This document shows, in pieces, positions 44,092-52,388 of a DNA stretch of 64,000 nucleotides. Position numbers and translations under genes: made by a program. Under the pieces are notes generated by a model, which was not told the origin of the DNA, searched no databases, and saw only the letters and a program-made list of their open reading frames with translations. The first letter of the stretch is position 1. Every line of letters starts with the position of its first letter. Source of the DNA: Meyerozyma guilliermondii (lineage: Eukaryota); contig CP128816.1 in the NCBI GenBank assembly GCA_051546255.1, positions 1,798,001 through 1,862,000 on the forward strand, read 5' to 3'.

Positions 44092-44821
44092 TTGGGCCAA
44101 TTAACTTCAGAGTTGTTATTTATAGTTCGGAGAGGCTATCAATGCACCGAAGTGTCAATGCAACTTCCCCGCAGTGCCGTAGCCAAGACTGCAACCTAAA
44201 AAGCATTCATATACGAAAACTAGAAAGTGCTAATAATAAAGGCCAACTGCCACAAATATGATTATGCCATACGAACTGACAGACAACTGACGAGGAAGCG
44301 GTGTCGCTTTTACCCATTGCAACCTCAGTGCGTCCCCCACACTCTAGCGCCGCATAGCTGCATTCCCTGCATTAATCCCCTGAGATTTGCGCAGGTCACG
44401 TCACATTCTTACCTCCGCGCCGCACGGTGAATAATCAATTTTCCTAAAAGCGACCCAAATATGAGGACAACAAGTCGAGAGCAATGTAGCAGCAATAATG
44501 GCAACAAATGAGTGTACGCCGAAGATCACAGAAGTTCAAGGAAAGTCATCAATGTCGTGAAGCGGAGAGGTACCTTAAGCAGGGAACATTACGTTATATC
44601 TGAGCGGTTGCTTGATCGTTCCGTCCCTGGTAAGTAGGTCAGCGTATCAATTAGGTTTATTTTCAAGAAACAAGCTATCAATTGAACATAGATATGTGCT
44701 TGTATTCGATATATAGGGCCAAAAAGTTATCAAATTCGTATGCGCGCCCAAAAATGGTTGCGAAAACTGGATGCGGATTATAACCTCTTATCTAAAGGGT
44801 GCGGTTAAAATGATTGTCCCG

Positions 44822-44977
44822 TTATAAGTGTATTTATATAACTTTCATACGGGTAGATCAAGATAAAAACTGATTTTCGATCGTTTTCCAGGATACGGCA
44901 GCAAGAACATGTCTTGCATTTCACATTGTAGTTGAGTACGATGATTTGACAAGCTTGCATTTATCATGTCAAGCTAC
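44822..44977. repeat. Array 3' cassette, copy 1 (downstream of paralog A)
   Basis: Shares TTATAAGT.TATTTATAT, CTGA.TTTCGATC, TCCAGGATA.GGCA, AGAACATGT, TTTCAC.TTGTAG and TTTGACAAG.TTGCA with the copies at ~46940-47158 and 48121-48316. Confidence 0.7.
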
Positions 44978-45109
44978 AAGAAAGTACTGTTCTGTAGACG
45001 AACAGTAGGTAGGGAAATACAATGAAGAGTTACCAAGTTGAACATATTCAATTCCACTAACCAGCCGCTAATATAACTGATAAATACTGTATAGCGAAGA
45101 ATCTTTGTA

Positions 45110-45470
45110 TTACTCTGCTTGGCGGTAGTAATAGTAGACCATACAACATGACCCAACGCCTATAATAAGAATAAATAAGTCCAGTATAATCTTTGTTGCT
45201 GGCTTTTTATATCGAATGGAATGGATTAAGGGTTCTATCCGCGATGCTGTATACCCCCCCAATGCCAAGTGCTAAAAGGAACCAGCACCAACCCAGATAG
45301 TTAGGAATCTTTATAGCAATGTCCTTTTTTGAGTCAGGGAAGACGAAAGATACCATTATGAACGAGCTTGAATAAAGTATGAAAAAAAGCAAAAATAAAT
45401 CTTCCCTTATCTTAAGCCTATGCCTATTTAGTTTTTCGGCCCTAGTTTCTGTAGTCCATTGTTTCTCCAT
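45110..45470 (-). pseudogene. Array paralog A: small multi-TM protein frameshifted in a G7 run (pseudogene, slippage allele or sequencing error)
   Basis: Starts MEKQWTTETRA. Removing one G at 45254-45260 gives a 119-aa protein ending YTASRIEPLIHSIRYKKPATKIISDLFILIIGVGSCCMVYYYYRQAE*, colinear with the C-terminus of paralog B. Confidence 0.75.
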
Positions 45471-45825
45471 TCTTGATCAAGAAACCATCAAAGGAACGCT
45501 GCGATAGAGGTTTCAAGTAGACGTATACGATAAATAATCTGCCAAATCTAGAGTCGCAAAAAAGTCGTACTTCTTATAGCAGGTCAAATGCACCTCAAAA
45601 TTATTATTGCAGCGTCCAGCCTACTTCTGCAATCTTTATACCCAATTAAATCCTTATACCTTCCCTTCCTCAACATTTTCCTTATACTTTCTGTACCTTT
45701 ATCTTTCTCTTCCTTCCTCTTCTGTAATAGGCAGGATTCCCACCATTATCAGCAGATTTGGAAGTTACCGAGTTGAGGCACATTTACTGCTTTTTTCCAT
45801 TCGTATTTGGCTCCTGATCGCCGAT
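45471..45825 (-). repeat. Array 5' cassette (promoter-like), copy upstream of paralog A
   Basis: Exact 23-mer AAATAATCTGCCAAATCTAGAGT at 45532-45554 also occurs at 46238-46260; GTATAAAG on the minus strand at ~45634-45641; boundary motif GTATTTGGCTCCTGATCGCCGAT at 45803-45825. Confidence 0.8.
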
Positions 45826-45849
45826 AATGTAGAAATCTTTGTACTTGTA

Positions 45850-46173
45850 TTACTCTAATTCGCAGTAGCCAATGTAAACCAAACGACAAAACCCAACGTT
45901 CATAAGAAACATGAATAAGAATTTAAAAATGTCTTCTAATGGTCTCTTATATCGAATGGAAGCGATTAAGATATACAAAGAAAATGCTGTACACATCACA
46001 AGAAAACCTGCAAGAAAGAGCCAAACAAAAACGTCAGGAATCTCTATATGAACAACAAGTACATGGATTGAAAGAAACACGAAAAAACTGAAAATCAAAC
46101 TCAAAATCAGTATCATGAGGTTATCAGCTTTCAGAATTTCGGTCCTAGTTTCTGTAGTCAATTGTTTCTCCAT
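45850..46173 (-). CDS. Array paralog B: 107-aa protein with ~3 TM segments, unknown function
   Basis: Intact ORF MEKQLTTETRT...SIRYKRPLEDI...VYIGYCELE; first ~10 codons nearly identical to paralog A. Confidence 0.65.
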   Translation of the reverse strand: MEKQLTTETRTEILKADNLMILILSLIFSFFVFLSIHVLVVHIEIPDVFVWLFLAGFLVMCTAFSLYILIASIRYKRPLEDIFKFLFMFLMNVGFCRLVYIGYCELE

Positions 46174-46543
46174 TTGTGATCAAGAATTATCAAAGGTACG
46201 CTGCGATAAAGCTAGGTTTTAAGTAGACTTATACGACAAATAATCTGCCAAATCTAGAGTTGTGAAAGAAAGTCGTAGCTTCCGCAAGTCCAAGTACCTA
46301 AATATGACTCTCGCAGCGTCCAGCTTACTTCACCAGCCTTTATACGCAATTAGATCCTTATACTTTCCGTTTCCTTCATTCTAGTCACAACTTTCTCCTT
46401 TTCTTCCTGTTCCTTTTTCTTACTCTTCTTCCGTCATAGGCAGAGTTCGCCGAAAATAATGAAAATTTACCGAAATAAAAAGTAGAACTACTGCAGTAAT
46501 GAACAGTCACATTGTAGTTTGTATTTGGCTCTCGATCGCCGAT
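46174..46543 (-). repeat. Array 5' cassette, copy upstream of paralog B
   Basis: Colinear with 45471-45825 and 48929-49157; GTATAAAG at ~46338-46345; boundary motif at 46521-46543. Confidence 0.8.
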
Positions 46544-46682
46544 CGAGCGGCAAAACTATATCGAAGGCATCATAAGATCTTAGATTAGCCGGTTCTGTGG
46601 GTCGCTGATAGTACTCGTCACGGTTGGAGAGTAGCACAAATGGATACTCAGGATGCTCTGTAGATGAGAGAAGGATGCACAT
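46488..46682 (-). pseudogene. 5' fragment of a TANGO2/NRDE family gene (YGR127W-like)
   Basis: MCILLSSTEHPEYPFVLLSNRDEYYQRPT...PLD is the TANGO2 N-terminus (MCI, NRDE, RPT). Homology stops after ~47 codons, where the array cassette begins. Confidence 0.8.
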
Positions 46683-46939
46683 TTGAACTGTAAGTGGTAT
46701 CCGCCAGCTGTGACCAAAAAAAATGGGTCACAATCGTGCAAAATCTTAGCGTGGGGTAACATCCAAACACCGCATAAATAGCTAAGTGGCTAGCAGAAAA
46801 ACTAATGCGAGACTTTATCCCATAAGTTGGGCCAAGCTGACACTATAATTGTAAGTTAAACTAGTTGCAAAGCTGCTTTTTGGTTTTTGTTTCTCTTTCG
46901 GCTGCTTGCTTTTCTGATTAACTTAGCTAACTTACTACT

Positions 46940-47158
46940 CTATTAGAAATCGATAAGTAATAGCCTGAAAGGGACTTACCGTTGAATTAAATGTTCAGTT
47001 TCTGGTCAATTCTTTTGACTTTCGATAGTAGCATCTTAAAGAATAAACTGGTTCTCGATCCAAGATTTTTAAGTTACAAGGTAAAGAACTTGTTGCACGC
47101 TTTCACAATGTAAATGAGTTTAGAGTGACAAGCTTGCAATTTCATTATGTCAAGGTAC
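46940..47158. repeat. Array 3' cassette, copy 2 (downstream of paralog C)
   Basis: TATTAGAAATCGATAAGTAATA matches 48122-48143; GTGACAAGCTTGCAATTTCATTATGTCAAGGTAC matches 44947-44977. Confidence 0.65.
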
Positions 47159-47291
47159 TTGCAAAATTTGTTATGTTTGAGACCAATGGTACGTATGACA
47201 GGCATACATTTTTATATATACGAGGACTATCGACCCACAAGCTAATGAAAGCATTTAGCTTGTGTTTATCGATCGTTAGACCTATAATTAT

Positions 47292-47813
47292 TCATGACAC
47301 AAAAGTAGCAAGTGTCATTTGACAGAGAATGACCATGCGATACACAGTTAAACTCTGTGAGTCGCTGTAGCCACTGTAACCAAACCATAATGCCAAAAGG
47401 CACGTAAGAAGAGCAAAACCGTTTTGCACAATATTTTCAATTGGCTCCCGACGCCAAATCGAAAGGATAAAGTAACGGCCCACATATACTGTATACGCGA
47501 GAGCAGTCGTTGCAGCAGCGTACCACCATCCCTCCGTAATTTCTAACTCTTGCTCGATGAAATCAGGTAATAGCTGCTGGCATGCTTGAAGGGATACAAT
47601 AGACACTTCCACTATTAAATTACCAATTCTTCTCCAGCCTACCCGATTGGCCCGAGTTTGGGTCGGACTAATCATGGACATTTCTTCCATTGGTGGTGTA
47701 TTCAATTCTTGCCATGCTGGTGTATTCAATTCTTGCCATGCTGGTGTAAACACCTCCACTGCTTCTTCTGGAGTCACTACTCTTCTTGCTCTTCTAGCTC
47801 TTGATCTAGGCAT
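47292..47813 (-). CDS. Array paralog C: 173-aa multi-TM protein with an Arg-rich/acidic N-terminal extension
   Basis: AAAAAATG start. PTQTRA resembles TTETRA; LEITEGWW...YTVY...LSIWRREPIENI...YSGYS aligns by eye with B (IEIPD...CTAF...SIRYKRPLEDI...YIGYC). Confidence 0.6.
   Translation of the reverse strand: MPRSRARRARRVVTPEEAVEVFTPAWQELNTPAWQELNTPPMEEMSMISPTQTRANRVGWRRIGNLIVEVSIVSLQACQQLLPDFIEQELEITEGWWYAAATTALAYTVYVGRYFILSIWRREPIENIVQNGFALLTCLLALWFGYSGYSDSQSLTVYRMVILCQMTLATFVS
47694..47748. repeat. Perfect 24-nt tandem duplication (2.3 copies) encoding TPAWQELN twice
   Basis: TGGTGTATTCAATTCTTGCCATGC at 47694-47717 and 47718-47741, followed by TGGTGTA. Confidence 0.9.
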
Positions 47814-47879
47814 TTTTTGCAATCGTGGACAAGAAGAAGACAAAGCACAAATGCGACCAGTGTTTTATTTGCAGCCATA

Positions 47880-47993
47880 TTACTCTTCTTACGTAATAGG
47901 ATTCTCATTGTTCGGCGGACCTGAGAATTTACCAATTGTTGAGGTAGAAGTAGGTTTTCGACCACCTTTCGTATTTGGTTCTTGATCGAAGAT
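47880..47993 (-). repeat. Partial array 5' cassette upstream of paralog C
   Basis: TACTCTTCTTACGTAATAGG resembles TACTCTTCTTCCGTCATAGG at 46421; boundary motif GTATTTGGTTCTTGATCGAAGAT at 47971-47993. Lacks the TATA-proximal part. Confidence 0.65.
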
Positions 47994-48120
47994 CATGCAA
48001 AAGCAAAAGGAATTGCCGCCTTAATTACAAAGTAAATTGGTTGCCAACTTTTTTTATTCTGTCATTTTTTCTCTGTATATATCTGATCAAGTCTGGCTAG
48101 AGAACTTCACCACTTCTCAT

Positions 48121-48316
48121 TTATTAGAGATAGATAAGTAATAATCTAGAAGGATGAACCGTAAAAATTCCAGCTTATAAGTCTATTTATATGACTTCCA
48201 TACTCGCACAGGTTAATGAGCTGACTTTCGATCCAAAATATCCAGGATAAGGCAAAGAGAACATGTTTTGGATTTCACGTTGTAGCTCGTGTTACAATAA
48301 TTTGACAAGTTTGCAA
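48121..48316. repeat. Array 3' cassette, copy 3 (downstream of paralog D)
   Basis: Colinear with 44822-44977 and 46940-47158. Confidence 0.7.
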
Positions 48317-48493
48317 TATTTGGTTCAGCTTATGACGAGCAGTATGTAGGAAAAACTTATATTACTAGACGACAACATTCAAAAGACGCACTCTCCATGA
48401 GCAATGGGAGCAAATAATCAACAACTTGCAGCAAAAAATGATTGGTGATCCACCCTTTTCAAGTCATTTCTAGTCATTCCAAGCGCAAGGTTA

Positions 48494-48928
48494 TTATAAC
48501 TCAGCATTCTCTTTGAGTTCATCCTCCTCCTCCTCCTCCTCTGTGATCTCTCCCGAGGTGGCTGATAGGATTAAAAATTCAAATAAACCAACCATAGTAT
48601 CTATTTGTAGTGATGGATAATAGTACTTGAAAGCGATGAAACTTGTCACATAGAACGCAACAACAGAATAAAACCTGAGTCTAACCTTTTTCCATGGCTC
48701 ACGGGATTGGCAGACGGCTCTCAACTCTTTAAAAGTAAATATCACACAACCGATTGCAATGCCAAACGAGATATAATTTTGAAGTTTATTCGTTTTTTTG
48801 ACAACATTCGCCTCCTGGCGTTCCTGAAGTTCACGAACTTTTTCTGCAAGCAGTATCAGCGCTGCCTTCAACGCTGCTCTCCAGCTATTGAGAGACATGG
48901 CCCAAGTTGTTGTCGTCGTATTTTCCAT
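48494..48928 (-). CDS. Array paralog D: 144-aa membrane protein with an acidic C-terminal tail
   Basis: MENTTTTTWA start behind the same 5' cassette. REPWKKV resembles REPIENI/KRPLEDI, FKYYYP resembles VYYYYR; hydrophobic segments and a poly-E tail. Confidence 0.6.
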   Translation of the reverse strand: MENTTTTTWAMSLNSWRAALKAALILLAEKVRELQERQEANVVKKTNKLQNYISFGIAIGCVIFTFKELRAVCQSREPWKKVRLRFYSVVAFYVTSFIAFKYYYPSLQIDTMVGLFEFLILSATSGEITEEEEEEDELKENAEL

Positions 48929-49157
48929 TTAATCAACTGCGCTGTAAAAGCTAGGTTTTAAGTAAACGTATGCCACTGCCAAGTCTAGAGCCGTGAAAGA
49001 AAGTGGTAGCTTCACAATTATAGCAGGTCAAATGAACCTGAAAATGAGCATTCAGCCTGATTTGCTATTGTTTCCTCTACTTTATACATTCCGTTCCTTA
49101 TTCTTTCCTTCCTTCATTCTCTGCACTGGTTTATGTCATCCGATGATAGCCAGAGAC
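48929..49157 (-). repeat. Array 5' cassette upstream of paralog D
   Basis: TAAAAGCTAGGTTTTAAGTA, CTGCCAAGTCTAGAG, GTGAAAGAAAGT, TTATAGCAGGTCAAATG and CTTTATAC are shared with the A and/or B cassettes. Confidence 0.8.
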
Positions 49158-49319
49158 AATTGAGCTTGACACCACAACCGGAAATGTAATATTGAGTACC
49201 ACTTCCTTGCTGAAGTAGCTCTCGGTCTGCATATTATTCACAGCTGTGCCTCCAGACACCACCGCATCCACCCGCCTGAGATGAGATGTAGTCAACACGC
49301 ACGCTCACCCCAACTCACA

Positions 49320-51662
49320 ATGTCGAAACTGACACCGATATCGCTCCCTCAATCGGTGCCGTTTCCGGTGACAGTGACACAGGTGATGATATCCCCAGGA
49401 CAAACATTGCCCCGTCACCAACCACTTCTCAAGTATAAATACTGGGATTATCAAGATAATCCAAATGACGCAGACACAGATGAACCCACGAAAATGCGGG
49501 TTGAACGTATAGGAACTTTCGAATCGCCTATTACAGGCGAAGTAGAAGAGGTTCAAGTGCGTGTGGGTGAGGAGATTCTTCATTCTCAAGTACAGTTGTG
49601 TCGGGTAAAAGAACCATGCGGACATGAAGTACAGTACGGTGGTTTATGTGCCATGTGTGGTTTAACTGTGGACGATAAGGATTATAGCGGCTACAGTTAT
49701 GAGGACCGTGCTACCATCAGTATGGCACACGATAGTACTGGGCTAAAAATTTCTTTTGATGAAGCAGCTAAACTCGAGCAATCTACAAGCGAGCGGCTCA
49801 CTTCTGAGCGTAAATTGATTTTGGTGGTGGATCTCGATCAGACCGTGATCCATGCTACTGTGGACCCCACTGTTGGCGAATGGCAGCTGGATCCTCTGAA
49901 TCCCAATTATAGGGCCGTCAAAGATGTGCGATCGTTCTGCTTGGAAGAAGACCCTATAGCTCCTCCAGGATGGTCTGGCCCTAAAATGACTCCTACCAAA
50001 TGCTGGTACTACGTCAAGGTCCGCCCTGGATTGGAGGATTTCTTAAAGAGGGTATCGCAATTATACGAGATGCATGTGTATACCATGGCTACTCGAAATT
50101 ATGCATTGGCTATCGCACACATTATTGATCCTGATGGTCGCTACTTTGGTGACAGAATATTAAGTCGAGACGAAAGTGGCTCGCTCACACACAAGAATTT
50201 GCGCAGACTTTTCCCCGTTGACCAACTGATGGTGGTTATCATCGATGATCGTGGAGATGTATGGCAATGGGAAAAGAACCTTATCAAGGTGGTTCCTTAC
50301 GAATTTTTTGTGGGAATCGGTGATATCAACCTGAGTTTCCTCCCGAAAAAGAATGGTCAAGTCACTGGTCCCATGCGTAAGCGTATTGCTCGCTTAGAGG
50401 CGTACGAAGAAAAACAAAGACGAAAGAGCCAGGGTGAGATTGTCGATGACGACGACCTGCAAGACCCACAAGACCCAGGGAGCGAGCCACCTCAAAACTT
50501 GGAGCCGCTGGCGATCCCGGAAGAAGCAGGTTCTGATCATTCAAACGACGAAGAATCACCTTCAAGAAGAAATTCAATTCATGATAACGACAAACCATCC
50601 CTGACCACCTCCTCACGCAGAAACCTGCAGAGTTTACAAGCATCACCTGTAGACCGAATAGTTGAACTTGGAGGTGACAAGGTCCAAATATTCGAGCAGT
50701 CTCTCACCCGCAATCAAAGCTTAGAGCAACAACAGCATGATCGACCCCTTGCAAAATTACAACACGATCTTGAAAAAATCAACCATGAACATGATGAGAA
50801 GGAAATTACCCCAGAATCGGATAACGAAGACAATCTCTTGTTTGATGATGATAATGAACTCGAATCGTTGAACGACGCTTTGGTTCGTGTGCATGATGAA
50901 TACTACCGCATATGGGATAGTTACAACGAAGACAAATCCCTAACGAATCCAGATCTTACTACCATCATCCCTTCGCTCAAAAGTAAATGTCTTGAGGGAA
51001 TAGTAGTGCTCTTTTCTGGAATTTTAAGATGGGGTAGTGATCCTCAAAAGGCAGACATAGTCATATGGTGTCAACAGTTTGGGGTCAAGGTGGTGAACGA
51101 GGTATATCCTGAAGTTACTCACGTCATCTGTAGAGAGCCCAGTGCTGGCGGAGGACTCACTTTCAAGGTACGAGTTGCTAAGAAGACACTTCCTAATGTC
51201 CATATAGTCACACCCGATTGGTTATTTGCATGTATGAGCAAATGGACTCGAGTGGACGAAAAGCCGTATGCAATTGAAGCCAGCGACGAAGATTTTTACT
51301 TGGAGGAAAAAGATTTGGTAAAGTATCAGGCAATTATCGAGGACCCAAGAAAAGCACCAGAACTGCGACCACGATTTGATTCTGTTGCAAGTATGGAGGA
51401 GTACGATTTGGATGGTGCCAGTAAAGAAGTTGATGACTTTTTGGCAGATATTAGCGATGAAGATGAAGATGGGCAGGAAGAGGAGGAAGAGGAAGAAATC
51501 AAGGAAGACGAACCCAAAAAGGATACTTTCATACTGGACTTGTACAAAAAGCGGAGGGCTAATGATGATATTGACTCTCTGGCCAAGAAAGCTAAGCAAA
51601 ATCCCGATACGCTAGACGACCTTGAACAGGAACTAATGGATGGGTTTGACGACCTTGAATGA
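49320..51662 (+). CDS. FCP1: RNA polymerase II CTD phosphatase
   Basis: N-terminal swivel/biotinyl-like region, LILVVDLDQTVIH (DxDxT), YYVKVRPG, SRDESG, IIDDRGDVW, and BRCT VTPDWLFAC. Confidence 0.95.
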   Translation: MSKLTPISLPQSVPFPVTVTQVMISPGQTLPRHQPLLKYKYWDYQDNPNDADTDEPTKMRVERIGTFESPITGEVEEVQVRVGEEILHSQVQLCRVKEPCGHEVQYGGLCAMCGLTVDDKDYSGYSYEDRATISMAHDSTGLKISFDEAAKLEQSTSERLTSERKLILVVDLDQTVIHATVDPTVGEWQLDPLNPNYRAVKDVRSFCLEEDPIAPPGWSGPKMTPTKCWYYVKVRPGLEDFLKRVSQLYEMHVYTMATRNYALAIAHIIDPDGRYFGDRILSRDESGSLTHKNLRRLFPVDQLMVVIIDDRGDVWQWEKNLIKVVPYEFFVGIGDINLSFLPKKNGQVTGPMRKRIARLEAYEEKQRRKSQGEIVDDDDLQDPQDPGSEPPQNLEPLAIPEEAGSDHSNDEESPSRRNSIHDNDKPSLTTSSRRNLQSLQASPVDRIVELGGDKVQIFEQSLTRNQSLEQQQHDRPLAKLQHDLEKINHEHDEKEITPESDNEDNLLFDDDNELESLNDALVRVHDEYYRIWDSYNEDKSLTNPDLTTIIPSLKSKCLEGIVVLFSGILRWGSDPQKADIVIWCQQFGVKVVNEVYPEVTHVICREPSAGGGLTFKVRVAKKTLPNVHIVTPDWLFACMSKWTRVDEKPYAIEASDEDFYLEEKDLVKYQAIIEDPRKAPELRPRFDSVASMEEYDLDGASKEVDDFLADISDEDEDGQEEEEEEEIKEDEPKKDTFILDLYKKRRANDDIDSLAKKAKQNPDTLDDLEQELMDGFDDLE

Positions 51663-52388
51663 CAGTGTACGATAATGTATAATAGCATACAGTAAACATA
51701 TCAATGTGCCTACGAGAATGAATATCTATAACAACCTTACATACGAGTTCCAGTTTCCCTTCTTCAACTACAATGACTTACACAGGCTCAAGTCTGTCGA
51801 GTAGACAATATTCGTGTGAGAACCCACCACATGGCAATTGTCAATATGCACCCAGATCCGTCCCTCACTAATACAATGGCCACAGTAAGCCTCTACCTAA
51901 GCACAATGAAGTGTATGGGCTATTTTTGCATTTCAATTCGAATACCCACTGTACATTTTTCGCAGCCAGCCATGCGTGAGCCGCACCGGCCACCAGATCG
52001 GGTAATAGACCAGCCAGCAGATCGAGACGGATCAAGGACCTTAGTATAAAGTGACCACGAGTCCGGGATAAGGTTTAGGAAATCTGATCTGCGTCTTATT
52101 CTTGTGGGTTTTTTCTTAATACTTGCTTGGTTTTTCACGTGCATCATTTTGCATCATTTGGAGTGTATAAATTGAAGCTGCGGAAAATTAAAAATAGAAC
52201 CAGACACAGCCAAAGAAGCTTTTTAACCGAAAGTATTTATAGCTTTACATCGAAAAGCAAGCCCCAGATTTCACCTAAAAGAGGAAGTGTTTGGAACTTT
52301 CCTGATTTTCAGATTAAAAACTATTTTCAATTTTGTTTACCCGACTTAACCTATCCAGAACACTTGAACCACAACAGCTACAAAAAGA

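Noticed and set aside
45563..45573. MSE-like GTCGCAAAAAA in the cassette upstream of paralog A
   Set aside because: Not conserved in the B and D cassettes, so it gives no support for meiotic (Ndt80) regulation of the array.
47125..47322. Plus-strand ORFs in or near the 3' cassette as possible antitoxin partners
   Set aside because: Non-ATG or very short, and the reading frames are not conserved among the three cassette copies.
44822..49157. Array interpreted as a transposon, LTR or CRISPR-like element
   Set aside because: No transposase/RT ORF, TG...CA termini, terminal inverted repeats, target-site duplication or regular repeat-spacer pattern seen.
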